Assembly (NCBI GenBank): GCA_964016885.1
Contig: OZ024740.1
Span: 394,878,001-394,942,000, forward strand
Direction of reading: 5' to 3'
Source of the DNA: Eledone cirrhosa
Taxonomy: Eukaryota
DNA length: 64,000 nt
In this document: positions 46,008 to 60,288 of the stretch, in pieces
How the letters are laid out: the number at the start of each line of letters is the position of its first letter
How positions within the stretch are numbered: position 1 is the first letter of the stretch
Position numbers and translations under genes: made by a program
The notes under the pieces: generated by a model
What the model was told of the DNA's origin: nothing
Database searches by the model: none
What the model saw: only the letters and a program-made list of their open reading frames with translations

Positions 46008-46210
46008 TACATATATATATACATACATATATACATGTATATATACACACACACATATATATATATACATACATATATATATATATATACGATATCGTAT
46101 ATCTACTCCAAATACTTGTCGAGTGCTTTATATCAGTTATAAAAATATTTACTTGTTGTATCCCAACATTTTTAAATAGAACTTTTGCATATATATATAT
46201 ATATATATAT

Positions 46211-46635
46211 AATGTAGGAGGTGAGTTTTATTGTAGTACAATAAAGCAATGCAGATATCGGATAAGAAGCACTCTACAGTTTGTGGGACTGGAGTATGCA
46301 TAATATAAGATCAAAAGATGGTTAAAGGAGTTCCATATATTTTATTATGCGCATTTCAAAAACAAACATCATCAAGCAATAATATTTGTGTTTTCATCAG
46401 ATAAAACAGGAGAACATGATATGAAGGCTAAAAAACACTTGTGGATAGTGCAGTTTTAAATCAACATATCATGATATGTTGATTTAAAACTGCACTATCC
46501 ACAAGTGTTTTTTAGCCTTCATATCATGTTCTCCTGTTTTATCTGATGAAAACACAAATATTATTGCTTGATGATGTTTGTTTTTGAAATGCGCATAATA
46601 AAATATATGGAACTCCTTTAACCATCTTTTGATCT

Positions 46636-46643
<8 letters not shown>
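46211..46643. mobile_element. 344-bp spacerless palindrome (46300-46643) plus ~89-bp tail, in (TA)n
   Basis: Centre TCA|TGA at 46471/46472; the arms read as exact reverse complements by eye. Confidence 0.92.
46537..46603 (+). ncRNA. Type I hammerhead ribozyme (mirror copy on the minus strand at 46340-46406)
   Basis: TTTTAT-CTGATGA-[AAACACAAATATTATT-GCTT-GATGATGTTTGTTTTT]-GAA-ATGCGCAT-A-ATAAAA. Confidence 0.85.
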
Positions 46644-46675
<32 letters not shown>

Positions 46676-46676
46676 A

Positions 46677-46742
<66 letters not shown>

Positions 46743-46964
46743 TATATATAGGAACCAGTAAGACCCCGACAGCTGAGCTCAAGCCGTTTCGACGGCTAAT
46801 TCTGGACTCTACTACCCCAAGTATTGAGTACTTTGGTGCGTTATGGTCCACCTGGTTCCTTACCACATTTCCTTCGTTATATTATATATATATATGTATA
46901 ATATATATATATACATATATATATATATACATATATATTTACACACACACACACACATATATAT

Positions 46965-47048
<84 letters not shown>

Positions 47049-47051
47049 ATG

Positions 47052-47126
<75 letters not shown>

Positions 47127-47484
47127 AGGTGTGTGGGTATGTGTTTATACACATATATTTACTTCAGTCATTGTTTCCTTTGCTGTCAGACACGACCCCT
47201 TTCTCTACAGATATGACCTTAATTGTATACTCATTCATCAAAGGTTTATAGCAGGATGACATTACGGGTAACTTTTATAGTGGGCAATGATGGCTTACAG
47301 CGTGGGAAATCGAACTTTCTTCCAATCATTTCTCCTGCAGACATTACCATACTTTGACTACTCACAGTCCGCACTCCATGCCGGTAAATTGAGATGGAAC
47401 GCTTCGGCTATTTCAAATCTACAAATCAGCGACAATTTGCATGCACCTCATCCATCATACCCTATATTTGTGTGTGTGTGTGTG

Positions 47485-47525
<41 letters not shown>

Positions 47526-47615
47526 CTGCGTGTGCAAGCATACATGTATGTATATCTATGTATGTAAGTATGTAAGTATATATATATATATAGTAAGTAT
47601 ATATATATATAGTAA

Positions 47616-47702
<87 letters not shown>

Positions 47703-47768
47703 GTAAGTATATATATATATAGTAAGTATATATATATATATATATATATAAATATATATAGACATATA

Positions 47769-47800
<32 letters not shown>

Positions 47801-47846
47801 CATATATATATATGTATATATATACATATATATATATACATATATG

Positions 47847-47902
<56 letters not shown>

Positions 47903-48056
47903 TATGCATTATATAGATATATATATATATATATACATATATATGCATTATATATATATACATATATATAATACATATATACATATTCTGTGTATATATA
48001 TGTATGTATACATTCTGTTATGTATATATATATGTTATATATATGTATGTATATAT

Positions 48057-48109
<53 letters not shown>

Positions 48110-48564
48110 TATTTATTTTTTGTGTGTTGCATACATATCTGCGTGCCTGTGTACGTGTACGTGTATGTGTGTGTTAAAGGTTAAAAGGTCGTGAGTTCGG
48201 TTAACAGCGATACATTGTGTCTTTGAGCAAGTTTCTTTATTTCACCTGCTCCAATCCACTCAGCTGACAAAAATTAGTTTTACCTCTAATTCAAAGTGTC
48301 AGCCTTGTCCCACACTATATAATGCTGAATCTTCCTTAGAACTGCGTTAAAGCGACACGTCTCTGTAAAATATTCAACCAGGTTTATTTCTCGAGCAGGC
48401 TGTTCTGTTATTCGAACAGCAGGAACAGTCATCGTCGAATACGACGGAGGTCCAACGACAACGGGAATATGTATCTCTGAATGTATTATGTCTATATAAA
48501 ACATAACACATGCACATCCATGTTTACACATACAAACCTACATACATACGTACATACATACATG

Positions 48565-48890
48565 ACTGGATTGGCACTCCGTCGGTTACAACGACGAGTA
48601 TTCAAGTTGATTGGATCAACAGAACAGCCTGCTCGTGAATTTAAGGTGCAAGTGACTGAGCATCCCACAGACACGTGTACCCTTAATGTAGTTTTCAGGG
48701 AGATTCAGCGTGACACAGAATGTGACATGGCTGGCCCTTCGAATTACAGGTACAACTCATTTTTGCCAGCTGAGTGGACTGGAGCAACGTAAAATAAAGT
48801 GTCTTGCTCAAGGACACTCCATGCCGCCGGGAATCGAACTCACGACCTTACGATTGTAAGCACAATACCTTAACCACAAAGCCACGCGTC
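48565..48890 (-). mobile_element. tRNA-derived CORE-like SINE; a diverged opposed copy lies at ~48175-48465 (+)
   Basis: GTGGCTTTGTGGTTAAG / GAGTTCGATTCC boxes and GTGTCCTTGAGCAAGACACTTT CORE-like block. Confidence 0.8.
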
Positions 48891-49026
48891 TTCTCATACA
48901 TACATACACACATACATATGTACATACATACATATATACATATATACATATATACATGCATACATACATATGTACATATATACATACATACATACATACA
49001 CACATACACACATACATACATGCATA

Positions 49027-51815
49027 GGTGTAGAAACGACATTTGTAACGCTTAATATTTTGTTATATGTTTCAGCTGTCACATTGCTATCATATAACAC
49101 ACATCTAAAACCACGCAATCAAGATACAAACAAAAAGCCTGAACCAGCGTTGATGCGAAATTTAAAAAGCAAAATTTTGTCCCTGAGACGAAGTATCTCA
49201 CACATCGCAGTCGTTATGAAATGCAACATAGAGAGCAACTTCACACCAGGAAGACCTAAAAAAAAAGTTAGAGAGACGATTTAGAGATACAAAATTTAAT
49301 TTGAACTCCAAATTACACCAGTTGAAACAACAACTCACAGCTACAACAGAATTACTAAAATATAAGTCAACAGCACATAAACGACAAGTGCTAAATAGAT
49401 TGTTTGCCAGAGATCCTAAATCAGTTTATCGCAGCTTCGGTGGGAAAAGCTCAATCTCTGTAAATGACACCCCTTCAAAAGAACAGGTTGAGAGCTACTG
49501 GAGATCTGTATGGGAAACGGATGACAGATTCAACAGACAAACTAATTGGCTAAAAGAACTGGAACAGGACTACTGCCAACATGTCCAGACAAAACAATAT
49601 GACATAGATGGGTCAATACTGGAAACAGCTCTACAGAAAATGTTGAATAGGAAATCACCAGGCCCAGACCTCATTACAGGATACTGGTTGAAGAATTTCA
49701 CTTTCTATCGGCAAGATCTCATACGGCTGTTTACAGAAACCATTAAAGGCACACAAGGACTGCCCAGATGGTTATCAACTGCCACTACTCTCCTCATTCC
49801 CCAAAATAGCCAAACCACCCTTGCTAAAAATTACCGCCCAATAGCCTGCCAAAAGATCATGTATAAATTATATACTGGGTGCCTTAACCTGTTCTTACAG
49901 GATCACTGTGCTACCAACAACATCATAACACATGAGCAAGCTGGTGGAAAGAGGGAGGTGTGGGGTTGCATAGATCACCTACTAACTAATAAAATGATTC
50001 AGGAAAAAACAACAAAGAATCGCAGAAACATGACTGTCGTGTGGCTGGACTATCAAAAAGCATTTGATAGTGTACCTCATGGGTGGATTATTAAGGCTTT
50101 ACAAAGGTGATAGCTTGTCTGTGCTACTCTTCGTTCTCTCACTAAATCCACTATCTCACCTACTCAGGAAACAAGGTGGACAAAGAAGTGGGTCCAGAAG
50201 TATCTCCCATCTTTTCTTTGTTGATGACCTGAAATTGTATGGGCCAAATATCAATGACATCAAGAAACAATTGGATCTCATTACACAATTTTCAACAGCC
50301 ATCAAAATGAAATTTGGTGAGTCCAAGTGTGCATATTTGGCAGTAAAACGTGGAAGAGCTGTGCCCTCCTCTAGAAATCTAGAGATGAACGGCCTGACAA
50401 TACAACCTCTACAGTCAGGTGACAACTGCAGATATCTTGGACAGGATGAGAATGTCAGATATGATGGACCCATAAATAAGGAGAGAACCAGAACTGAATA
50501 CGTCAGAAGAGTAAAGAAAATATGGTCATCAGAACTGTCAGCGTACAAATACATTGCCCACAATACTTATGCTGTGCCAATTCTAACGCCAACATTTGGC
50601 CTGCTGAACTGGTCATTGCAAGAACTAAGAGAGATGGATGTTAGAACTCGCAAACTTCTCAGTGTTACTGGGAACTTTAACATCAATGGTGATGTGGATA
50701 GGCTATACTTCTCACGCAAGGAAGGTGGCCGGGGTCTAAAATCCATATTAACAACATATGAGACCCGGATAGTAACACTGAAGCAACACCTTCAACAGAG
50801 GAAAAAGGTTGGCAACCATCTTGCCCAGGTTTATGAGCATGAAAAAAAAATATCATTAGAATAGCGACTGATCTGGAGGAGAGATATGGAATAAAGCCTG
50901 ATATAAATCTCTCACCCAGAGAAATCGGAAGATCCTATTCAATGTTCAAACAAGATGAAAAAATTGACCAATTTACAGAAAAAGTTGTGCATGGATACTT
51001 GAGACGTAAAACACAGACCATAGAGGGGATAAACCACCCAAAAAGCCTGGCATGGAGTTCCGACAAGTTTATGACATCACACCTTGAGGGATATCTCTAT
51101 GCAATACAGGAACAAGAACTCCCTGCCAAATATCTGCTGCACAAAAGGCGAGGGCCAGCAGCTGACAATAAATGTAGGCTATGTAAAATAAAGATCGAGG
51201 ATGTAAGCCACATTGTTGCTAGCTGCGAAAGAATGTCATCTCGCTACTACCTCTCCATGAGACACGATGGGATAGCTAGAACCATCTGGAACGCACTTCG
51301 GAAAACAAAATTAACAACAAACGAAGAAGAATATATTGAGACAGATGGCACTAAGGAATACTGGTGGAACCTGAAAATAAAAACTGGCACCAAATTAAAG
51401 CACAACCGGCCTGATATTGTTGTTTGGGACCACACATTGAAAACGTGTTCTGTTGTGGAGATCAGCTGCCCACTTGATGTAAACGTTGTCAGAAAAATAC
51501 AGGAGAAGGAGGACATCTACGGACCATTGATGAGGAGTTTACAAATCCAGTATCCAAGATACACCTTTAGCTTCATACCCATCATTATTGGAGCTACGGG
51601 TTATATACCAACCCGCTTGGACCAAAGTATGACTGAACATGGATTTGCGGACAAAGAGCGCAGCTCCCTAATTCATAGTCTACAAATGGCTGCGAGAGCT
51701 GGCACATTCAAAATTTGCAAAACATTCTTGGGATGACAATTTCTTTTCTTTTACAACCTTGCCACCAGGAAGGTGGCCGGTCAAAAAAATATACTCGAAA
51801 TTAAGAGAAAGAGAT
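49027..51815 (+). mobile_element. R4/Dong-clade non-LTR retrotransposon (RT + restriction-like endonuclease), 5'-truncated, in (CATA)n
   Basis: KSPGPDLI, NYRPIAC, WLDYQKAFDSVPH, GDSLS, FFVDDLKLY, RKEGGRGL, CRLC...HIVASC, RHD, RPDIVVWD...VVEISCP; (TACA)n on both flanks. Confidence 0.9.
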
Positions 51816-52005
51816 AACATACATACATACATACACACACATGCATACATACATACAAACATACATAGATACACACATGCATACATACACACATACATGC
51901 ATAGATACATACACACATACACACATACACACAAGCATACATACGTACATACCTACATACATACATGCATACATACATACATACATACACACATGTATGT
52001 ATACG

Positions 52006-52039
<34 letters not shown>

Positions 52040-52181
52040 CATACATACATGCATATATACATACATACATTCATACATACGTACATACATACATACACAC
52101 ATACACACATGCATACATACATACATACACACATACATACATACAACTTAATGTCTAATGAATGTCTGTAGATATATATAG

Positions 52182-52283
<102 letters not shown>

Positions 52284-52588
52284 TTATGTGTATAAATGCG
52301 TATGTGAGTGTGTAATTTGATAAAGAACGCAGATTAACGAGTCAAAATGACACGGAATGAACTTTGAACTTAGAAATGTCAATGAATGCAACTTATTCGA
52401 GAGAAACCTTCTAAAAGTAAAACAGAAAAGCAGATAAGAGAAGAAAAAGAATGAACGCAGCTGTTGTTGACTGTGTTTTACACTATATCACTGTTTACAT
52501 TAGTATATGCCTCATTCATATCTATATTTCAGAATCCAAATCCTAATATATTTCTTATCACACAGATAAAAACAAAACTATATGTATT

Positions 52589-52660
<72 letters not shown>

Positions 52661-52679
52661 GGGGGGGGGGTCCTAGAGC

Positions 52680-52960
52680 ACCCGCGAACAGTGAAACAAC
52701 CACGAATATTGGACGTGGTTCATAAAAATGCCTATAAACATCAAAATATGACGTAAAATATAGGCCGGCAAATACGGTATATTATTATTAATAATTTAGC
52801 GTTAAAAGGAGTGAAAAAATACATATTGCTTCGAAAAGAAAAATATTTAAAAATTGCGGAAGATATTTACGATTCTGCGAATATGCGGTGGTTTCCCAGA
52901 ATAATTTTTAGTTAGGTTCGATTCCGCGAATAGCTGGGAATGTGAATGCCGGGAGTACAA
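52680..52960. mobile_element. Possible Tigger/pogo-like non-autonomous DNA element remnant
   Basis: Repeated CGCGAA(T/C)A motifs, as in pogo-type MITE subtermini; no clean TIR pair. Confidence 0.3.
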
Positions 52961-53096
52961 GTTTTGATCTTATATTTGTGTTTGACTTTTATTATAAACT
53001 CCGATGGTTCCGGCCTTGTGCTAGATTGAAACGATCGTTATTGATTAAATGTTTGAAAGTTTAAACACTCTTTGATTGTCATTTACATTATATATA

Positions 53097-54325
53097 TCAT
53101 CATCATCATCATCATCGTTTAACGTCCATGTTCCACGCTTGCATGGGTTTGGACGGGAGTTTTCCCACTTGAGGCAAGAGTGGTTGTCTTGCTCGCATAG
53201 GTTTTGGCGGGTTTTCTACAGCTGGATGCCCTTCCTAACACCAACCACATTTACAGTGTGGGACTGGGAGGTTTTACCGTGTTGCCTACACGGCCACATT
53301 ACAGCGTGGACTGTGTGTTTTTTTGTCGTGACACCTACACGATCTCATTTATTTCGGACTGGATGTTGTGGTACCAACATAACTTTACATTGAAAGGGGT
53401 GGTGTGGATGGGGTGGGGTGGGTGGGACGGGGGTGTATTTTGTTAGAGATGCCTACTGACTGTAGTAGGTTTCACTTTGTACTTAGGTAAGGCGGGTCTT
53501 CTCTATTACTGTGTAGCGCCAAAGGTCTCGGTCCAGTTACATTGTCTTGGAGAGGTGTAAGTGTGTGAGGTCGGAATTTATCAAGTCGTCCCAGGTTTTT
53601 CTGGGTCTGCCTACTCCGTAGCTACCGTCTATTTTTATTGCCCTGCACTTTTTTATACAGCTGTCGTCTTTCATGCGCATCACGTGACCATACCAACGTA
53701 GTCTTCTCTCGAGTAAACAACATCTGATCCCTCTTATTTCTAATTTTTCTCTTAGTTCGTTTATGCTTTGCCGTTCACGTATATTACTATTACACATCCA
53801 GCGGAGCATGCAAGCTTCGTTCCTCTCTAGTCTGCGTATATCCTCCGCACACAATGCCCAGGTCTCACTGCCATGCAACATTGCTGTTCGTATGCAGGCA
53901 TCATACAGCCTGCCTTTCATTTTTAGGGAGAACCCTTTAGCGGCTAATAGTGGTATAAGCTCTCTGAACTTTTTCCATCCAGTTCTGACTCTAGCTACTG
54001 TACTTTCCGAGCACCCTCCCCCACTGCTGATTTTGTCACCCAGGTAACGGAAGCTGTCCACTATTTCTATAGAACCCTCTGCGCAATTGAAAGAGCTAGT
54101 ATTTTGTGGGCACTTGCTGCTACTTATTGCACCAGAGCACCGGCCACATGTAAAATCTATGTTCTTAGTTAGCTTACCTGTGATCCCACTACATCTTTTA
54201 TACACCCATACTTTGCATTTGGGACATAAAATGGAGTTTCTACCTACGCCTTTCCTACACACTCAGCATGGCCATTTCCCGGAAGGAACCGGCGCCTTAT
54301 TTTCTTTCCTACATATGATATTTAG
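53097..54325 (-). mobile_element. 5'-truncated RTE-clade LINE with PHD-like Cys cluster and (GAT)n tail
   Basis: ORF 53537..54262: CRKGVGRNSILCPKCKVWVYKRC...CGRC, FRYLG, KGRLY, HGSETW, RRLRWYGHVMR, GRPRKTW; plus-strand (TCA)n at 53097-53115. Confidence 0.9.
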
Positions 54326-54575
54326 ATAGGCAGACAGATGGATAGATAGATAAATAGAGAGAGAGACAGAGACAGAGGAAAACACCACATGTATACCTAT
54401 GCATACGTATGTGTGCGGCTATGTATGTGTGTGTGTGAATGTGTGTGTACTTACCTATACACTTGTTGATTAATACAATTTTCTTAGAAATGTGAATTAA
54501 ATGCTAGATTTACAAAATCTTTAAGCGCGGGATTCCTTCTTTGTTAACGCTTACAGCCAAACATATATGTATACG

Positions 54576-54705
<130 letters not shown>

Positions 54706-54849
54706 CGTGTGTGTATATATCAGTGGTGGTGGAACTGGGGGGCAGGGGGACAGGGGTGACAGGGGGGAGGGACATAGTCACCCCAATAACAATATCTTTC
54801 TCCCACAAACTACCAAATCACACATCTATTTGTATATGCGCTACAATTT

Positions 54850-55090
54850 ATATCCTACAGACATGTCTTAGACGAGCCCCCCTCCATCTGCCCCCTCGTT
54901 GCCGCCCTTTTGTACGGAAGACCCAACTCACTCATGGTCGCTGACAACAGGGTTACTTCCACCACAGGTGTCCAGCAGGGGGACCCAGTCGGCTCGCTCC
55001 TATTTGCGCTGGCACTGACGGCGTAGCCCGGTCAGTACGGCCACCCCTCAACGTCTGGTACCTGGACGAAGTGATCCTGGGCGGCCGAGG
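54850..55090 (+). mobile_element. CRE-clade RT fragment
   Basis: YGRPNSLMVADNRVTSTTGVQQGDPVGSLLFALAL / GVARSVRPPLNVWYLDEVILGG, cf. the CRE GVQQGDPLGPLLF...WYLDD motif. Confidence 0.75.
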
Positions 55091-56449
55091 GTGTTGACCT
55101 CGGTAGGATTCGAAGTGAGAATGTAAAGAGCCAGAACAAATAACACAATGACATATTATCTGGCGATCTACTAATTCTGCCAATCCTCTACCCTTCTCTG
55201 GTTTGAAAATATTACCATCAGTTAGTTATTCCCAGTTATTAGTGGCGGTGGGTTCGCAGAACGAAAAACGCCATAGCTAAATGACGCAGGTGTTTTGGCT
55301 GACGTCACAACGATTCTACCAAAATAAAGTACCAGGTTTTGTATTCGTATAATACTAGTAGTTGTACATAAGAGTTTGATAGCAAACTGGCTCTTTAAAT
55401 CACTTCTAGCTTTTCTATTGTAATGTGATACGGAGTCAATATACTTTTCACAAGTGCCGAAAAACCAAACCAGCTATGGCATATTTGAAACGTGGAGTTA
55501 ATTTTCATACAGGGAGACATCTAGAATGGTGTTGCTACTTCTTTACAACAGCGATTTCCTTTGTCAAAATAAATTTAGAAAAAAACAGTTAACGGCTAGT
55601 ATATAATGTAGAACACATACACATAGCTATATGCGTGTTTCCGTTCAGATTTAGATACACAGAAATCAAGTAAGCACACATACACACTCACGCAGTGACA
55701 CGCACATAAATACACACATAGACAACACATATATACATACACACACACAAACTCACATACACATGTCAATTCGTTCAACCTCTTATACACAAGCTCAAAC
55801 GAAGTTACTTCAATGCGCACATAACTACGCGCTCTCACGTACAGCCAGGGTTACACGAAACACTAATGCCATCAACAGTATTGTATATTTATTTATTACA
55901 ACTGTCATGTCACACTCCTCGTAGCCATTCTGTTGTGAAAAGCAAATAACAACAATAATAAAAACACTACAGCAAAGCAAAGAAGTATTGCTCACTCAGC
56001 CAGCTAAACAGACAGACTGCCAGCCAGCTAAACAGACAGACAGCCAATCAAACAGTTTAGTCATGCTGTCTGTTATTTAGTCTGTTAGTCGCAAAGATTA
56101 ATTATTGTTGGCAGCTTAAAAAGAAAAGGAGGTAGGAAGAAAAGAAATGCCGGGTATACTGGAAGATTCTTCGCTTTTAAAAAAAGATCGGTGTGAAGAT
56201 GATGGTCTTTCTGTCGTACACTGATTAAGATCTGAAATGAAGATCAGGTTTGCACAGACCAATCGGATTCTCTAAAGATAAAACCACAATAAGTGGAACC
56301 TGGTATGGGTGTTCATCAACAAAAAATTTTAATGCAGTTTCCGTGGAGAAAGGAAAATATCGACGTTTCGGGTGGTTAAAGCGCTTCTCAAAGAGTGAAG
56401 AGGGTTAGCTCCGTGTGGAACAGGAATCTTTTCAGTAATGGAAGAAATA

Positions 56450-58460
56450 AATGTTGCCACAAGATATGGAACAACACAATATGAGGGCCACGGGTAAGAA
56501 TGTTAATAATGACCTTAACCGTTTCCGCGTCGTCACCTCTGTGGCACAGTACGAGCAGGTGGTGAATACCGAGATAAACAGAAAAGACATAGGGTCGTGT
56601 GGGGTCTTAATAAACATGCAAATTCTAATGACACCCAAATGACTATTCCGAAGTTGTATCCCGTGGAGGGTACGAAACTGCAGTTTATCATAATGATAGT
56701 CCAAGACTTAAGGTCTTGTTCCGACACCTGTGAGACATTTAAAGCAAACAGCCTCCCGATAGGTTCATGGCACCGAAACCCTCGCAACCCTAATAATGGA
56801 TAGCCTGGTAAGGAGGGCACTGCACTCCGGACGGCACATCACGTTATACCGGAGATACGTAGATCACATACTATTGCTGACCATTCCAGGAGCGAGGCGG
56901 AGAAACTATATGAAACATTCAAGTTCGGCATTGAACATCCAACAGCCGATGGCTCCTGAAGCCTGCTCAACTTCGCCCCCCCTAACCCTCGCTTCAGGAA
57001 AGGCTACCATCAGTTTCTACGAGAAGGAAGTGAAGAGAAATATCTTTCTCCATCCATACTCTGCATACCCACAGGGCATAAGACACCTCGTAGCCAGAAA
57101 CGAACTCACGCGCCGCGTGGGCAGATGCAACGATACCACCCCCGTAGAATCCATGGAAATCAACTTCTGGGGACTGCCGTCGGGAGGAGGCTACGGACAA
57201 CGTTTCGTGGATATTGTATGTGGAGGGAAAAAGTGTGTGAGTACAGCCAAACACCCGCTCAAACCACCAACCTCAGTTCTAGCAGCAACCACAAAAGTTC
57301 ACATGACAACAACAACAACAACAACAATAACAACGACGACGGCGACGACGAAGACAACGACGACAACAACAACAACAAGGGTGAGATACGAAAAAGCATC
57401 AACATCAACAATGATTTCTACCATAGGCACAAGGCCAGTAATTGGGGGGGGGGGTCGATTAAATCGACCCCAGTGTATTACTGGTGCTTTATTTTATCGA
57501 CCACGTAAGAATGAAAGGCAAAGCTAACCTCAGCAGAATTTGAACTCAGAACTTAAAGGGCTGTAACTCTATGCCACAAAGCATGTTATCCAACGCTCTA
57601 CCGATACTGCTGAATCAACAATAACAAATAAATCAAAGACAGACCAGGCAACGAAAATATGAGAGGGAAAATGAGAAAGAAAAGGCCTGAAAACGAGAAA
57701 GAAGGATGGAAATAAAGAAAGGAGAGAACATGGACCAACACATAAGCTGGGTTTACGTTGACCTGCCATATCATGGCGAACAAATAGAAAAACTTATAAA
57801 AAAAGACCTCAAACGTTCAGGTCTCCCAGTGCGAATAACAAGGCGTGGACGGACGTTGAAACAATTCCTCTCACAAAGCCATGAAGAAAGCACCTGCCCT
57901 TCCCGCGATGCCCGGCCAGGGAAAGCAATACTACTACTACCACAACGACTACCACGAACAGTAGCAACAACAACGATACAAACCCAACATGCCTAAAGAA
58001 CCACGTAGTTTATGAGCTGAACTGTGCATACGGGGCCAACTACATCGATTCTATAAAACGCAAACTACACCAAAGAGTGAAGGAACACTTCAAAAGATCA
58101 ATACCACCAAGCGCAGTGTTGCAACACAGACAAGAATCTGGAAGAAGCATCATAATGAAAATACTTGTAGAACAAACAGATTCAATCAGCCTCCGAACAA
58201 CGGAAGCGCGTTTCATTTGGAGGAGAGCACCAAATCTGAACTGTCGAAGTGATCTAGACACTTGAAAACATCTGTACACATACTCCGACGGGTAAAAGAT
58301 GCGCAAAACTACATAGAGTCTGATGAAAGAGTTTATATCCAAAACTGATGAAAGAGTTTAATTAAAAACATTTAGAAGACCATACGCTATCAGTTTTAAA
58401 GTAGTGACTATGTCACTTACTTCTTTTCGGCGAAAGACACAGACTGTCAGCTTCTCTCCC
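56450..58460 (+). mobile_element. Decayed Penelope-like element (RT + GIY-YIG) with nested SINE and (CAA)n runs
   Basis: SLPIGS, YRRYVDH, FYEK...LHPYSAYP, VDLPY, VVYELNCAYGANYID, QRVKEH, EARFI...PNLN; duplicated CTGATGAAAGAGTTTA at 58320-58360; ends at (TA)n. Confidence 0.8.
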
Positions 58461-58461
58461 T

Positions 58462-58610
<149 letters not shown>

Positions 58611-59157
58611 ATGAGAATGAGTCAGGACATCGAAGGCTGAGCTCTTGCCGTTTCAACAGCTAGTTCTGAGTCCTAACACATTCATATAACCATACTCTAC
58701 TGCTCCAAATATCAAGTACTCTGGTGAGTAATACTCTAACCAGTTTCTAACTGAATCCATCTTTATATATATATATATATAAGTTTATCCCGGGTTCAAA
58801 CGAGGGTCACTACAGTAAGTAAAGTACTCAATACATAGCAGAGTATAAATATTTAATATATAATATAGAAATGTCTTCTACAGGACTAGAACTGTTTCAT
58901 TCGGGAGAAATCATCAGGAAGCCCTGATGATTGAAACAGTTCTAGTCCTGTAGAAGCCATTTCTATATTCTAAATGTGTGACCCCGACGGCAGAGCTCAA
59001 GCCGTTTCGACGGCTATTTCTGGACTGACATAGCCGTTGAAACGGCTTGAGCTCTGCCATCGGGGTCACACTTTTTCCTATTTCCCACTCTACTACCCTA
59101 AGTATTGAGTACTCTGGTACGTTATGGTCCATCTGGTTCCTTACCACAATTCCTTTG

Positions 59158-59194
<37 letters not shown>

Positions 59195-59196
<2 letters not shown>

Positions 59197-60136
59197 GATA
59201 AATCTACCAAGAGTTTACGGTAGTGTCCAATCCGTATGAAGAACTCAATGTAATCCGGATATCATGGAAAGAAGAGATGCAATAAAAAATCACTTTCGGT
59301 GAAAGATAAACGGAATACAGAGTCAAGATAAAATATTAAAAAAATAATGAATAAAACAATGAAACAGTTCCTTATATTAAACAAAAAAAGTTCATTATTT
59401 AACGATCGTTTCTAGGATATATATGTGTTAGAATTGGCATGTATATTCAACAGATCTATGTACAAAATTATACAAAATTATACAAACTATCAAAATTAAA
59501 TATACATACCAACACATATATATGCCGTCTTCAGAAATAATGAAATATATTTATTGATAATAACAACAATTCAAAATTACAGGTCTGTTTGGGAACGGAG
59601 TTCAAATTGACCAATGAAAACACAAAAAGTTTATACAGTTAGGTGTGTGTATATATGTAAGTAACTTCGTTCACAGATATGCATAAAAATATATGTTCAC
59701 ATGCATACGCATGCCGAAAAGATGTATGTAAATACAAAAATTCAGGGCTAATGTCTCTGTATGTTTATAATCTACAGATAAAATACATATACGCATATAA
59801 ACACATAAATATAAAAATAAATATATACACATTCATATACTCACACATATACATACATTCACACACACACGCGCGTATACGCATAAACATACACACAACC
59901 ACGAACATACATACACACACACACCCCCACACACATATATGTGTATATACTATTATCATAAGCATATGGACATTAATGCGCGCACATAAACATTGCCACA
60001 CATATTTAGATCCAGATACAGAAAGTAGGTGGGGGGGGGAAGAGGTCAGTATTTACTGGTGTCAGCAAACTGCCTATTTATAAATGTATCTATAAATTTA
60101 GAAATAAAAAGAAAAAGAAAAAAGAAAAATATTAAG

Positions 60137-60199
<63 letters not shown>

Positions 60200-60225
60200 A
60201 AGTAAAATATAAAATATACATCGAT

Positions 60226-60288
<63 letters not shown>

